A stretch of 64,000 nucleotides of DNA from an uncultured Actinomycetota bacterium (GCA_963808015.1 CAWEEG010000030.1:25-64024); one strand, 5' to 3'. Counted from the first letter of the stretch, positions 34,698 through 45,903 are shown. The notes: generated by a model not told the origin, from the sequence alone. Translations and numbers: made by a program.

Positions 34698-35844
34698 GAT
34701 GTCACGACGCGCCGTATTGATGGGCACCGTTCTTGGTGTGCTGATGGACATGGCGCTTCCGGTGTCAGCTCTCTCGCCGGCATACGAACAGCTGCCCGAC
34801 GGTGATACCCGGCCGATCATCATGTCGGCTGAACTTCTCGATCCCCAGCCGAAGAACGCGCTGCTTGAAGCGGATCTCCAGATCGAGGCCTTCGACAACG
34901 ATGGAATCCTGAAGTACGAGTACCGATGGAACCGTTCTGATCCCGACGGGGTCTTCACCACCTCAGCCGCCGAACCGACCGTTTCCTACGCCTCGGTGGT
35001 CCCCGAGACCTATGCCAGGCTCGAGGTACGGGCGGTTGACCTCAACAGTTGGCGATCCGAGTGGCGCACCGTCTGGACGGGCGTCACGCCGCCCGCTCCG
35101 ATGATTGTTCTCGCCGGCGACTCGATTGCATCCGGGTACACGCGACGGTGGTTCACCGGCGATGCCACCTGCCGCGATGCCGACTACTCGTTCGGAAGCA
35201 CGGTGCGTGATTCGGTCGCCGCGGCACTTCCTGCTGCGTGGGCACCCAACTATGTCAACCTTGCTTTCCCCGGCGCAGGTGTGAATTCAGTCATCAACGG
35301 CGGTTCCGACTCCTGCTCGGATACCCATCCCAGCCAGATCGATGACATCGAGCGCTACACGGATCCCACGACGTGGAATGTCGTGATCGTGACGGCCGGG
35401 ATCAACTCGACGAACTGGGTCGACGTGGTGAAGGAACTGACCAAGGACACCGCGTTCTCATGGACGAAAGCGGGGGACAAGCTTGCGTGCCAGGAAGCGA
35501 TCACAGAACGGTGGAATCTGAGCGATCGGCGCGACCAAATCACAGCCGGGGCATCCGAGATCGCCGAAGCGATCAGAACCCGGGCGAATGCGTCGGTGTA
35601 CTGGGCGAGCTACTTCGCGATTGATGGAACAACGATCGCCCCCGGGTGGTCGCCGATCGGCCCCGAGTGTGCCGAGGAGATGGAGTCTGCGCTGGGCGAG
35701 TTGCACGGCGCCATCCAGGCCGGCCTCGACCAAGACGTGACCTGGGTGGATATCGATGGTCTGCCGATTGACACCCAGATGTGGGCCGGGCTGGCCACAC
35801 CCCAACCCCGACGGCCACCGCATCATCGGACTCGCTGTCGCTGA
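34698..35844 (+). CDS. Secreted SGNH/GDSL-family hydrolase
   Basis: Signal peptide MSRRAVLMGTVLGVLMDMALPVSA; GDSIASGY block I motif; about 380 aa. Confidence 0.65.
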
Positions 35845-35866
35845 AGCGATCACGAGCTAGGGGAGA

Positions 35867-36085
35867 GATTTGAGACTCGAGATCCGAGATCCGAGATCGA
35901 GACTTGAGATCCGAGACTTGCGGCGGGCCTCATCTTGGTGGTGCTGGCTCCCAGGCCGCCCTTCCCGCCCTCGCTGCGCTCGGGCACCCTCCCCCACCTT
36001 CGGCGGTGGAGGCGAAGACATGGGTTCGGTTCAGGTCTCGAGTCTCGTGTCTCGTGTCTCGTGTCTTGTGACTCAGTGTCTGGGC
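35867..36085. repeat. GAGAC-unit repeat element, locus A: direct GAGA(C/T)YYGAGAY units (35867-35920), 110-bp GC-rich core, inverted GTCTCG units (36033-36085)
   Basis: Read directly. Sits between the convergent SGNH hydrolase and HNH pseudogene. Confidence 0.85.
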
Positions 36086-36092
36086 TGTTCGC

Positions 36093-37235
36093 TTACGACC
36101 ATGCCGCTTTGGCTCGTGCTTGTTCGAGCCAGGGTGGGCCGTGGATTGGGGGTTGTAGCAGGCGCCGTCTCTGGGGTGGCGAGTCGGGGTCGATTCGGTA
36201 GCCTTGGCCGTGGATCACGATTTGGTGGTGGAACCAACACACCGTCGTCAGGTTCTCGGGGTCGGTACGGCCGCCGTCGATCCACCGTGTGATGTGATGC
36301 ACCTGGAGGCGGTACCTGCTGGTGCAGCCGGCAATGGTGCATGCCGCACCGTCACGATCCATGACGAACCTGCGCAGCTGGGGTGGGATGGCTCTGGTTC
36401 GGCGTCCCATCCGTAGTGGTGTGCCGTGTTTGGTTCGTGCGGTGACTTCTACAACACCGTCACACAGGATCGCTTCGATCGCTGCTTCACCAACCCGAGG
36501 CCCGCCTGCAACCTCACACCAGCCTCACCATTCGTGGCTGCGGCTTCGTTGGCGTCGACAAACACGGTCAACAGCGGTGTCGGGTCTTCGATCGTGGCAC
36601 CGTCGCCGCCGTAGAGGGCGTCGAGGCTGATGGCCCACAGCGCGTCTGCGTTGCGTGCTGCCCGTGACACGTGTCCGGGTTCTTTCGGGAGGGTGTCTGC
36701 TTTGGCTTCGAGGGCGTCGATGACGATGCGGCCTGCGAAGCCGGGGAGGCGGCCGTTGAGGCGCCATGCCGATTCGTCGAGGTTGGGTTCTACGGTCATG
36801 TACCGGTCCTGGTACGCCATCTGTTCGTCAACCCTGGTCATACGCCGCCGTCGAGCTGCCCGGTTCCGTATCCCCGCAATGTCGAACCCCGCCATCTCAT
36901 TCAAGATGTCGAACGTGTCGTCGCGGTTGGCGAATCGGCCGACGGCTACGGCCCGGTCGAACCCGATCACACCGGTTTCGATTGCTTCTTCAACATCGGG
37001 GAGCTCTTGCGAGGTGTTTGGCGGTGGCTACGAGGTCTCGGGCGGTTTCGGGGGCTACGTCGAGGCGGCCCCGCACCCATTCACCCAACGACCCGCACCC
37101 CGCCCCCATCGGCAACTGACGCCGATCAACCTCACGCAACAACATCATCTGTCGGGCACTCGCTCGTGCGATCACAGACTCACGCTCAAGCAACTGCTGC
37201 TCAATCCGGTCGTTGGTGGCGGTCTCGATATCCAT
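36093..37235 (-). pseudogene. DUF222 + HNH endonuclease (REP13E12-like), broken into 3 frames
   Basis: N-terminal MDIETATNDRIEQQLLERE... (36990-37235), DUF222-like middle (36449-36970), HNH motif CTIAGCTSRYRLQVHHITRW...NLTTVCWFHH (36093-36410). Confidence 0.7.
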
Positions 37236-37531
37236 ACCCGCAACGTATCAAGAGCCAGTGACAGAAACCGGGCGCCGCGGAAAAGAAATGCCACGATCTC
37301 TCGGTTTCTCCTGGGACAGCCCGATGTTCCTACAAACACGATGGACCCACTGATCTCGACCCATCTTCAGCGGACTACCGCAGGCACAACTCCAGGTGGT
37401 GGGGAAGGCCGGTGACCGATCGATGTCTTCGGTTGGCCGTTTCAGCGATCCGTGATTCCCTTAAGCAGCCCAGGCGTCGCTGGGCGCACATAGTCCGGAT
37501 ATGAGCCGGTGTCTGACGACCGTGGTGAGCA

Positions 37532-38173
37532 CTAGTTTCCGCTTCCCATGACGGCTTCTCGTACGTAGTCGTCGGGGTACGGGTACGTGACGAGTTCATA
37601 TGAGATCAGTCCGTCCTCGTCGTGGGTGGCGAGGCTGATGCCCGCCAACTCGAAGGGATTCCCCGCAATGTTGGTTCCGTGCCACAGCCAGAGGGCCGCA
37701 CTTTGCGACCCGTCGTCGCAGAGCAAACGGTCATAAACATCGATCTGGGCGTCACTCCATCCGTAGAGGGTGTTGAAGAAGCCGGCCCCGTAGCTGACCG
37801 CACCGAACACGTCATCGTCCATCAGGGCCTCGGGCGTGGCGTGGGTTGCGAGCAGGTCTGCGATCTCGTCCTCGGTTCCGAACGCTTCCGGGTCGTCGAG
37901 GATCGCCTTGATCTCACTCAGAATTCTTGCAGCGTTCTCGTATCGGTGGCTGGGAACGGCTCCGTGCGCCAGTGCATCACGTTCGGCGGTGATGGCCGCT
38001 ACCTCAGCCTCGGCCCGTGCGAGGTTCTGTTCCGTCTCGACGAGCTGCTGGTCGACGGCAGCAAGTTCTTTTTCGAGCGCCTGGTACTCGTCAGATGCGG
38101 TCGGATCACTCGACGAGCATCCAGCAACGACCAACGCAAAGACCGCAACGCTGGCGACGATGGTGCTCTTCAT
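37532..38173 (-). CDS. Lipoprotein with a coiled-coil region
   Basis: MKSTIVASVAVFALVVAGCSSS lipobox; strong SD (aggagg) 8 nt upstream; 213 aa. Confidence 0.65.
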   Translation of the reverse strand: MKSTIVASVAVFALVVAGCSSSDPTASDEYQALEKELAAVDQQLVETEQNLARAEAEVAAITAERDALAHGAVPSHRYENAARILSEIKAILDDPEAFGTEDEIADLLATHATPEALMDDDVFGAVSYGAGFFNTLYGWSDAQIDVYDRLLCDDGSQSAALWLWHGTNIAGNPFELAGISLATHDEDGLISYELVTYPYPDDYVREAVMGSGN

Positions 38174-38456
38174 GAGTCCTCCTGTGCTGTCCACGGCCAA
38201 TCCGTTCCCCTCAGCCAGATAGACCGCTGGCAACGCCGAGTGGGCGACACCCGCCCATATCGAGACACAACCGTCCCGCGACACCCCAACACCATTAATC
38301 GGGCGCGGATGCGTCCCACGGCCAGCCGTGCATAGTGCCGGACTTGGACGGTTGGGGAGGGGTCTCTCGGCCCTGTCTCGGATCAGGCTCTGAGCGTAGT
38401 TTGGGCCAGGAGAGCATCCGCATGCCGGTGACAAGTGGGCTGGCAGAAGGGAGTCT

Positions 38457-39083
38457 GTGATGGGATGCTGGCGCCTCTTCTCTGTTGTGGTGGTCGCGAC
38501 GATGCTTGTCGTGTCGGGTTGCGGCGGCAGTGGATCGTCGGAACTGCCCGATCTCGAGTTCATGCAGTTCCCCGACCCCGCCGACTCCCCGTATTGCCTC
38601 CCGTACCCTGTTGGTGAGCACGCACGGGTCAGCCAGGCATGGGGTGACACGGGTACTCACCGAGGCCGGTTCGCTATTGACTTCACGATGCCGTTCGGCG
38701 CAGAGATCACCGCGGCGCGTGACGGTCGGGTGGTCGAGATGCGGGACCAGTACGGCGACGGCGACCGTACCGGTGGTCACGAGAACGGCGTATTCGTCCT
38801 CCACGACGACGGGACGATGGCGTCGTATCTGCACATGAGCGAGAACGGCGTCTTTGTCGCAGTCGATGATGAGGTCGAGACCGGTCAAGTGATCGGTCTC
38901 GTTGGCACGACCGGCACGTCGGTACCCCATCTCCACTTCGAGGTGTTCGAGGGCCAGGGCGACGGCACCCAGTGGTACCGAACCGTCCCCGTGAGCTTTG
39001 CCAACGCACACGAACCACTCGACGAATGGGGCGGCCTCTACGCCCTGAGCTACGAATCCATCCCCTGCACACCCCACACATAG
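38457..39083 (+). CDS. M23-family (LytM-like) metallopeptidase lipoprotein
   Basis: Lipobox LVVSGCGGS; HxxxD (HRGRFAIDF); HLH (VPHLHFEV). Confidence 0.8.
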   Translation: MMGCWRLFSVVVVATMLVVSGCGGSGSSELPDLEFMQFPDPADSPYCLPYPVGEHARVSQAWGDTGTHRGRFAIDFTMPFGAEITAARDGRVVEMRDQYGDGDRTGGHENGVFVLHDDGTMASYLHMSENGVFVAVDDEVETGQVIGLVGTTGTSVPHLHFEVFEGQGDGTQWYRTVPVSFANAHEPLDEWGGLYALSYESIPCTPHT

Positions 39084-39279
39084 CGGCTTTGATTTCAGGT
39101 GGTCGTTGCATCACTTTCGACGAGAGTTGTCTCGTAGGAGGTGCAGGGAGTTGCGGTTCCGGTCGTTGGCCTCTGGCGGGACCTCGGGGGTGGAGGGAGG
39201 ATTCACAGTGTGTCGGCCCCGTGCCGGAGATCCGTGTTCGAATTGGCACGGAGGCGGGATGGTCTGGAGAGGAGTTCTC

Positions 39280-39939
39280 ATGCAGATCCGGGTATTCGTC
39301 GTCACTACCGCAGCCGTGTTCCTTGTGTTGACCCTGTCGGGCTGTGAAGGGGGCCCGTTCGGGGTTCGTGGATCGGGGAATGTGATCACAGAGTCGCGTG
39401 ATGTGAGCGGGTTCAGCGAAATCGCTCTGGCGGGCAGCGGCAAGGTCCGCGTTGACGTCAATGGGACCGAGTCGCTGATCATCGAGGCCGAAGACAACAT
39501 CATGCCGCTGCTCACATCAGAGGTGAACGGTGGGCGACTCGAATTGGGTGCCGAGTCGAGCATCTCACCGACAACCGACATCATCTACACCGTGGGTGCG
39601 ATAGCACTTGAGGGTGTGGCAGTCTCGGGAAGTGGTCAGGTCACAGCGGCTGGTGTCGCCGCTGACTCATTCGACGTTGAGATCAGCGGGTCGGGGCGAG
39701 TTGAACCGACCGGAGCGGCGGGCATGTTGGCCGTCGACATCTCGGGGTCTGGGCGCTACCTCGGCGAGGACTTCGCAGCGCCGGTCGGCACGGTTCGGGT
39801 GTCGGGGAGCGGCTCGGCGGTCGTGAACGTCACCGACGACTTGGACGTTGACGTCAGCGGCTCGGGCGACGTGGAGTACATCGGAGATCCGAGAGTCACC
39901 GAGTCAATATCCGGGTCTGGGGACATCTCTCGCAAATGA
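39280..39939 (+). CDS. Lipoprotein with SGSG-repeat beta-structure (DUF2807/GIN-like putative adhesin fold)
   Basis: Lipobox LTLSGCEGG; repeated (I/V)SGSG(R/Q/D)V motifs. Confidence 0.6.
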   Translation: MQIRVFVVTTAAVFLVLTLSGCEGGPFGVRGSGNVITESRDVSGFSEIALAGSGKVRVDVNGTESLIIEAEDNIMPLLTSEVNGGRLELGAESSISPTTDIIYTVGAIALEGVAVSGSGQVTAAGVAADSFDVEISGSGRVEPTGAAGMLAVDISGSGRYLGEDFAAPVGTVRVSGSGSAVVNVTDDLDVDVSGSGDVEYIGDPRVTESISGSGDISRK

Positions 39940-40075
39940 GAGCAAGCGACGAATAGAGCACTCACGTCGGCACCTACGGGCGGCCGACTGGACACTGATT
40001 GACGGCTCATGTCACGGACCCACCCGCCCACGAAACAAGCCCATGACAGGGATTCAGACCTGACAAGGGCTTTGA

Positions 40076-40152
40076 TGGAGCCGGGGACGGGATTTGAACC
40101 CACGACCTACGCATTACGAGTGCGTTGCTCTACCGGACTGAGCTACCCCGGC
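40076..40152 (-). tRNA. tRNA-Thr (anticodon CGT)
   Basis: Cloverleaf: acceptor GCCGGGG/CCCCGGC, D-loop AGCTCAGTCCGGTAGAGC, anticodon loop CT-CGT-AA, T-loop GGTTCAAATCC, 3' CCA encoded. Confidence 0.9.
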
Positions 40153-40228
40153 GGGGGAGCGGGAATCCTAGTGGTCTTCCACTCATTTCGGCTCGGACGT
40201 AGGATGACGCACACAAGCAGGGAGGCCC

Positions 40229-40792
40229 GTGGCGGATCAGGCGAATTTCGAGACCGATGCGATGCAATATGCGCCGCAGCTCTATTCGGCCGCGCTGCGT
40301 ATGACTCGCAATCCGGCCGACGCGGAAGACGTCGTGCAGGAGACGTTCCTGAAGGCGTATCGGGCGTATGACTCGTACACCGAGGGTACGAATCTGAAGG
40401 CTTGGCTCTACCGCATCCTCACGAACACCTACATCAACAAGTACCGGAAACAGCAGCGTCGACCCTCCGAGGTCGAACTCGGAGAACTCCAGGACCTCTA
40501 CCTCTACAAGCGGCTCGGGGAGGCATCGGGCGCCACCCAGAGCGCCGAGGCGGACATGCTCGACGCGTTCGTGGATACTGATGTCATCGAGGCTCTCGAG
40601 TCGCTTCCGGAGACGTTCCGTCTGCCGGTGCTGCTCGCCGATGTGGACGGTTTCTCATACAAGGAGATCGCCGAGATGCTCGACATCCCGATAGGAACCG
40701 TCATGTCTCGGCTGCATCGGGGAAGAAAGGCGCTCCAAAAGAAGTTGTGGGATGTAGCAGAGGAGCACGGAATCACAGGGGACCGGTCATGA
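40229..40792 (+). CDS. sigH: ECF sigma factor (SigH/SigR-like)
   Basis: Region 2 ([31 protein letters not shown]) and region 4 ([26 protein letters not shown]). Confidence 0.8.
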   Translation: MADQANFETDAMQYAPQLYSAALRMTRNPADAEDVVQETFLKAYRAYDSYTEGTNLKAWLYRILTNTYINKYRKQQRRPSEVELGELQDLYLYKRLGEASGATQSAEADMLDAFVDTDVIEALESLPETFRLPVLLADVDGFSYKEIAEMLDIPIGTVMSRLHRGRKALQKKLWDVAEEHGITGDRS

Positions 40793-41037
40793 GCGGCTGC
40801 GAATATGCCATCGAATATGTGTACCAGTACCTGGACGAAGAAGCCTCGTTTTTCACGGCGTCGCGTGTTCGGCTGCACCTGCGCCGCTGCGCACCGTGTA
40901 TGGACGCCTTCCAGTTCGAGGCACGGCTGAAGGACGTGATCCGCGAGCGGGGAAAATCTGACCCGCCCCCGGAACTTTTTGACACCCTCCGAGCGTTAAT
41001 ACAAGAGGAACGAGAGAACAACGAGTCGGACATGTGA
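40789..41037 (+). CDS. rshA: Zinc-binding anti-sigma factor (ZAS; RshA/RsrA-like)
   Basis: HxxxCxxC motif (HLRRCAPC) plus N-terminal Cys (MSGCEY); 82 aa; ATGA overlap with the sigma gene. Confidence 0.75.
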   Translation: MSGCEYAIEYVYQYLDEEASFFTASRVRLHLRRCAPCMDAFQFEARLKDVIRERGKSDPPPELFDTLRALIQEERENNESDM

Positions 41038-41068
41038 TTCCGTCCGGCTCGACTGGAGGGAAACCACA

Positions 41069-41266
41069 ATGAACGACAACGTCCTCAGGGGTCGCCGCCT
41101 CAACGGTGGTGCCCGTGCCCCGAAGACCTATTCAACGGAACGCAAGTGCGCGCACAAAGAGTGCGAGACCAACCTGTCCCGGTACAACCGGCGGGAGTGG
41201 TGTTTCGCACATGCTCCGACGAAGTATCCCCGTCTTCGTGGCCGCATCGTCAACACCGAAGCCTGA
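41069..41266 (+). CDS. Small Cys/His-rich (zinc-ribbon-like) protein
   Basis: C-x-H-x2-C...C-x2-H pattern (KCAHKECE...WCFAH); 65 aa. Confidence 0.35.
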   Translation: MNDNVLRGRRLNGGARAPKTYSTERKCAHKECETNLSRYNRREWCFAHAPTKYPRLRGRIVNTEA

Positions 41267-41342
41267 CAACCAAGACCAAGAGATGAAGCGCTCCGCTTGC
41301 GGGGCGCTTCATCGCGTCGGAATCGTCGTCTATCCTCGCGCC

Positions 41343-41642
41343 ATGACCCGATCGTCTCGTATCTTGATCGCCACGCTCGTTGCCGGTCTCATCTTCCTGC
41401 TTCCGGCCATTGCCATGGGATCGGAGGGCGAAGCGAGCGAGGATGCCGAGGCGACACCGATCTCTGTGGAGAGCGGGGCTGCCATCGACGTTCCGCCCAT
41501 CGATCCGCCCGAGACAACAAATCCGTGGACGGCTCGCTACCTGATCCCAACGATTCTTGCGCTCACGGTTGTTGTGATCGGCGGAGTTATTGTCTACTAC
41601 CTCGTCGCAATCAAGGGACGCTACACCGTCGCCGCGGAGTGA
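41343..41642 (+). CDS. Small membrane protein (N-terminal signal/TM, C-terminal TM)
   Basis: MTRSSRILIATLVAGLIFLLPAIAMG and ILALTVVVIGGVIVYYLVAI hydrophobic segments. Confidence 0.4.
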   Translation: MTRSSRILIATLVAGLIFLLPAIAMGSEGEASEDAEATPISVESGAAIDVPPIDPPETTNPWTARYLIPTILALTVVVIGGVIVYYLVAIKGRYTVAAE

Positions 41643-41766
41643 CCGCCGGGAGGAGTCACTGACCGCGCGGCTCCGACAGGTCCACAAACCCTTTGGATTT
41701 CGGGACAAACGACCCTACGACGGCCCGTGTCTGACCCTCAACCTACCCACGGACTAGATCCGACCG

Positions 41767-43161
41767 ATGGGAGGGTTCATGGAGGAAGTGCTGCTGGCGC
41801 GATGGCAGTTCGGCATCACAACGGTGTACCACTGGTTGTTCGTACCGATCACGCTCGGCCTCACCTGGATGGTCGCCATCATGGAGACAGCCTGGGTTCG
41901 CACCAAGAAGCCCGAGTACCTTCGAATGACGAAGTTCTGGGGCAAGCTGATGCTGATCAACTTCGCCATCGGAGTCGTCACCGGAATCGTCCAGGAGTTC
42001 CAGTTCGGCATGAACTGGTCGACCTACTCGCGCTTTGTCGGCGACATCTTCGGCGCGCCGCTTGCGATTGAGGCACTGCTTGCCTTCTTCATTGAGTCGA
42101 CGTTCCTCGGGCTGTGGATCTTCGGTTGGAAGAAGCTGAGTCCCAAGGTCCACGCTTTCACGATCTGGATGGTCGCGTTTGGGACGATGGCTTCGGCCTT
42201 CTTCATTCTCCTCGCCAACTCGTGGATGCAGTTCCCGACCGGGTACACGTTGAACTCCGTGACCGGTCGCGCCGAGATGCAGGACTTCGGTGAGATCATC
42301 ACGAGCAGAGTGCTCTGGACTCACTTCCCGCACACGATCTCCGTTGGCTTCGCTACGGCCAGCGCCCTGATACTTGGCGTGGCCGCCTACCACCTGGCGA
42401 AGAAGCAGCACGTGGTGGTCATGCGCAAGTCGGCAGCGCTTGGTGGCGCTGTCCTGCTCGTTGCCACCATCGGCGTGGCACTCACCGGCCACTGGCAAGG
42501 GCAGGTCATGGTCGAGGTTCAGCCCATGAAGATGGCTTCCGCCGAAGCCCTTTGGGACACCGAGCAACCGGCATCGTTCTCGCTCTTCGCCGTCGGAGAC
42601 AAGGAGAACAGCCGCAACAGCATCAACATTGCAGTTCCGCGAGCCTTGAGTCTGCTGTCCTGCAACAACCTCGACTGTGAGGTCCAGGGGATCAACGACC
42701 TCCAAGCGGCCGCCGTCGCCGAATACGGGCCAGGCGACTACATCCCAAATCTGTTCGTCACCTACTGGTCGTTCCGAGTTATGGTCGGACTGGGATTCCT
42801 CATGATCTTGATCGGCGGACTCGCGGTGTGGTTCCACATCCGAGGTTCGCTGACCCGACAGAAGTGGTTCCTGATGCTCGCGTTATGGGTTGGTATCCCG
42901 GCTGCGTTCATCGCCAATGCGATGGGATGGATCTTCACCGAAATGGGCCGCCAGCCGTGGATTGCGTACGGGCTTCTCAAGACCGAGGTCTCGAACTCAC
43001 CCACGGTGCCGAGCGAGTGGATCATTCTGACGATCGTGGGATACACGCTCATCTACCTGGCACTTGCCGTCGCCGCAGGTTTCCTGTTCGTCAAGTATGC
43101 GAAGGCCGGACCGGGTGACGAAGAGACCGCCACAGACGTCGCCGAGTCGATGGTGTACTAG
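41767..43161 (+). CDS. cydA: Cytochrome bd ubiquinol oxidase subunit I
   Basis: Conserved CydA N-terminus and Q-loop; 460 aa, intact (alternative start ATG 41779). Confidence 0.9.
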   Translation: MGGFMEEVLLARWQFGITTVYHWLFVPITLGLTWMVAIMETAWVRTKKPEYLRMTKFWGKLMLINFAIGVVTGIVQEFQFGMNWSTYSRFVGDIFGAPLAIEALLAFFIESTFLGLWIFGWKKLSPKVHAFTIWMVAFGTMASAFFILLANSWMQFPTGYTLNSVTGRAEMQDFGEIITSRVLWTHFPHTISVGFATASALILGVAAYHLAKKQHVVVMRKSAALGGAVLLVATIGVALTGHWQGQVMVEVQPMKMASAEALWDTEQPASFSLFAVGDKENSRNSINIAVPRALSLLSCNNLDCEVQGINDLQAAAVAEYGPGDYIPNLFVTYWSFRVMVGLGFLMILIGGLAVWFHIRGSLTRQKWFLMLALWVGIPAAFIANAMGWIFTEMGRQPWIAYGLLKTEVSNSPTVPSEWIILTIVGYTLIYLALAVAAGFLFVKYAKAGPGDEETATDVAESMVY

Positions 43162-43166
43162 GGAGG

Positions 43167-44195
43167 TTGACCATGGAACAAGGACTCTGGAACCTGGAAA
43201 CCCTCTGGTTCGTGCTCATCGCCGTCCTGTGGATCGGATTCTTCTTCCTCGAGGGATTCGACTTCGGGGTCGGGATCCTGCTGCCGTTCATCGGAAAGGA
43301 CGACACGGAACGGCGGGTCATGATCAACACCATTGGCCCGACCTGGGACGGGAACGAAGTCTGGCTTCTCACCGCAGGAGGTGCAACGTTCGCCGCGTTC
43401 CCTGAGTGGTACGCAACGATGTTCAGCGGGTTCTATCTGCCGCTCTTCCTCATCCTGTTTGCGTTGATCGTCCGAGGTGTTGCGTTCGAATACCGCAGCA
43501 AGGACGAGAAGCCCGAGTGGCGGAACATGTGGGACGGGGCAATCTTCATCGGGAGCTTCCTCCCTGCCTTGCTCTTCGGGGTGGCCTTCGGCAACCTCGT
43601 ACGTGGTCTTGAGATCGACGCCGCGGGCGAATACGTGGGCGGGTTCTGGGCGCTGTTGAATCCCTATTCGCTGGTCATGGGCATCGCGTCTCTTGTCCTG
43701 TTCACCCTTCATGGGGCGATCTTCCTTGCACTCAAGTCCGACGGTGAGGTGCGTGATCGGTCGGCAGCGGCATCACAGCCGCTCGCGATCGCAGCGACCG
43801 TCGTCATGGCCGGTGCCATGATCTGGACCTACACGCTGGGCGACGGCGGATTTGTACCCGGCCTGCTGCCAATACTCGCGATTGTGCTGGTTGCAGCCGT
43901 CATCTGGCTGACCCGATCCGAGATGTTCGGCTGGGCGTTCATCTGCACAGGGTTGACGATCGTGGCCGTTGTAGCGGCGATCTTCATCGGCATGTACCCG
44001 AACGTGATGACATCCACCATCAACCCGGACTACAGCCTGACGGTATTCAACGCATCGTCGACCACCCTGACGTTGCAGATCATGTCGATCGTGGCGCTCG
44101 TTTTCGTTCCGATCGTGCTTGTCTACCAGTCATGGAGCTACTGGGTGTTCCGCAAGCGCGTCGGTCCTAGGGATGTCACAACGTCCACCCACTGA
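43167..44195 (+). CDS. cydB: Cytochrome bd ubiquinol oxidase subunit II
   Basis: Typical CydB N-terminus LWFVLIAVLWIGFFFLEGFDFGVG; 340 aa. Confidence 0.9.
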   Translation: MTMEQGLWNLETLWFVLIAVLWIGFFFLEGFDFGVGILLPFIGKDDTERRVMINTIGPTWDGNEVWLLTAGGATFAAFPEWYATMFSGFYLPLFLILFALIVRGVAFEYRSKDEKPEWRNMWDGAIFIGSFLPALLFGVAFGNLVRGLEIDAAGEYVGGFWALLNPYSLVMGIASLVLFTLHGAIFLALKSDGEVRDRSAAASQPLAIAATVVMAGAMIWTYTLGDGGFVPGLLPILAIVLVAAVIWLTRSEMFGWAFICTGLTIVAVVAAIFIGMYPNVMTSTINPDYSLTVFNASSTTLTLQIMSIVALVFVPIVLVYQSWSYWVFRKRVGPRDVTTSTH

Positions 44196-45903
44196 CGGCC
44201 TTCAAGCAGAAGCAGACCGGGTCAGCCCGGTTGACCGGCGCCTCTTCGGGGTAACCGAAGGGGTGCGCCGGTATCTGGGCGTGACGATCGCCCTCGGGCT
44301 TCTTTCCGCGCTTGCTGTGATCGCCGGCGCCTCGGTGCTCTCCGGAATTGTGAACCGGGTGTTCCTCGAGGGTGACGGGCCCGAGGATCTTGCGGACGCA
44401 CTTGTCATCCTCGCTGTGATCTACGCTGCCCGCGGCCTGTTCGAGTGGGCAAGGTCGGTCGCCGCCTACCGAACGGCAGCCGAGGTGAAACGCACGCTGC
44501 GCGACCAGGTCATGCGGGCGGTCCTGAGTCAGACCGCAAGGGGGCGTTCCGCCGGAAGTGGCGACCTTGCCATCGTCGCGTCGAGCGGGATCGACGCACT
44601 CGACGCCTACTTCTCTCGATACCTGCCGCAACTCGTCCTCGGAGCGCTGATCCCGCTTCTTGCGATCATCTGGGTGGCAACCATTGATCCGCTGACGGCC
44701 GTGATCATCGTCATCACGGTTCCCCTGATCCCGGTATTCATGATGCTCATCGGGAACTACTCGGACAGGGCGACACGCGCCAGGTGGCACACGATCGTGC
44801 GGCTCGGGGACGCTCTTGTCGAGACGCTCCGAGGCTTGCTCACCCTCGAGGTGTACCGAACAGGAGAGGGAAGACTCGATCGAATTCGGAAGCTGTCGGA
44901 CGAGTACCGCAAGCAGACGATGGCGACCCTGAGGATCGCGTTCCTATCGGCGTTCGTCCTCGAGCTTGTTGCGACCATGTCGGTTGCGGTGATTGCCGTG
45001 GCCGTCGGGCTCCGGGTTGTCAACGGCGACCTCGATTTTGAACCGGCGTTTGCGATCCTGATCCTGGCACCCGAGGTGTATGCGCCACTCCGAAAGGCCG
45101 GATCAGAGTTCCACGCCGCGATGGACGGAATGGAGGCTGCCCGCTCTGCCTTCGATGTGCTCGAGAGATCGCCCACAACCGTTGCGTTACGCCATCTGCC
45201 GCCACCGCCACGTGTCGCCGGGGCACCCCTCATCAACCTCTCGAGTGTGACCTATCGGTACCCCTCACCCGGTGAGGCTGAAGGGACCGTCGTACTCGAT
45301 GGCATCGATCTGCATGCCGCACCCGGTGAACGTCTTGCGATCGTTGGGCCCTCCGGAGCCGGCAAGTCCACGCTGCTCCGACTGATCCTGGGATTCGATC
45401 AGTCCAGTGGAGGCACTGTCGAAGTCGAAGGTGCCGCACTCAACTCCCTCGATCTCTCCGCCTGGCGCTCACGAATCGGGTGGGTGCAGCAAGAGCCGTT
45501 CCTCATCGCAGGCACCGTTCTCGAGAACGTGTGCCTCGGCGCGGCAGGATCGAGCAGCGATGACGCCGCGGCCGCCCTCGAACTCGTTGGAGCGACGGAC
45601 CTTGTACCGCGACTCGGCGAGGTCATCGGAGAACGCGGCGCAGGGCTGAGTCATGGGGAGCGGCGCATGGTGACGCTCGCGCGTGCCGTCGTCCGATCAC
45701 CCGACGTGCTCCTTCTCGACGAACCGACCGCCGGCATTGACAGCATGACGCAACTCAGGATCGCCGAGTCGTTCGAGCAGATTGCTGCAGGCCGCACCGT
45801 GCTGACCATTGCACACCAGCGTGTGCTGGTCGACCTCGCAGATCGCGTTGTCGGCATCGATCAAGGGCGCATCGTGACGCCGACGGCAGGGGGGTTGCGA
45901 TGA
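44173..45903 (+). CDS. cydD: ABC transporter (permease-ATPase) CydD
   Basis: Six-TM domain plus Walker A GPSGAGKST, signature LSHGERRM, Walker B LLLDEPTAG; overlaps the cydB end. Confidence 0.85.
   Translation: MSQRPPTDGLQAEADRVSPVDRRLFGVTEGVRRYLGVTIALGLLSALAVIAGASVLSGIVNRVFLEGDGPEDLADALVILAVIYAARGLFEWARSVAAYRTAAEVKRTLRDQVMRAVLSQTARGRSAGSGDLAIVASSGIDALDAYFSRYLPQLVLGALIPLLAIIWVATIDPLTAVIIVITVPLIPVFMMLIGNYSDRATRARWHTIVRLGDALVETLRGLLTLEVYRTGEGRLDRIRKLSDEYRKQTMATLRIAFLSAFVLELVATMSVAVIAVAVGLRVVNGDLDFEPAFAILILAPEVYAPLRKAGSEFHAAMDGMEAARSAFDVLERSPTTVALRHLPPPPRVAGAPLINLSSVTYRYPSPGEAEGTVVLDGIDLHAAPGERLAIVGPSGAGKSTLLRLILGFDQSSGGTVEVEGAALNSLDLSAWRSRIGWVQQEPFLIAGTVLENVCLGAAGSSSDDAAAALELVGATDLVPRLGEVIGERGAGLSHGERRMVTLARAVVRSPDVLLLDEPTAGIDSMTQLRIAESFEQIAAGRTVLTIAHQRVLVDLADRVVGIDQGRIVTPTAGGLR

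Noticed and set aside
36093-40152. Active integrative element at tRNA-Thr
   Set aside because: No integrase, recombinase or direct repeat of the tRNA 3' end was found. Only a decayed HNH nuclease is present.
40153-40228. SigH/SigR-type autoregulatory promoter (GGAAT-N18-GTT) upstream of the sigma gene
   Set aside because: GGAAT is present at about 40166 but no GTT at the correct spacing; not convincing by eye.
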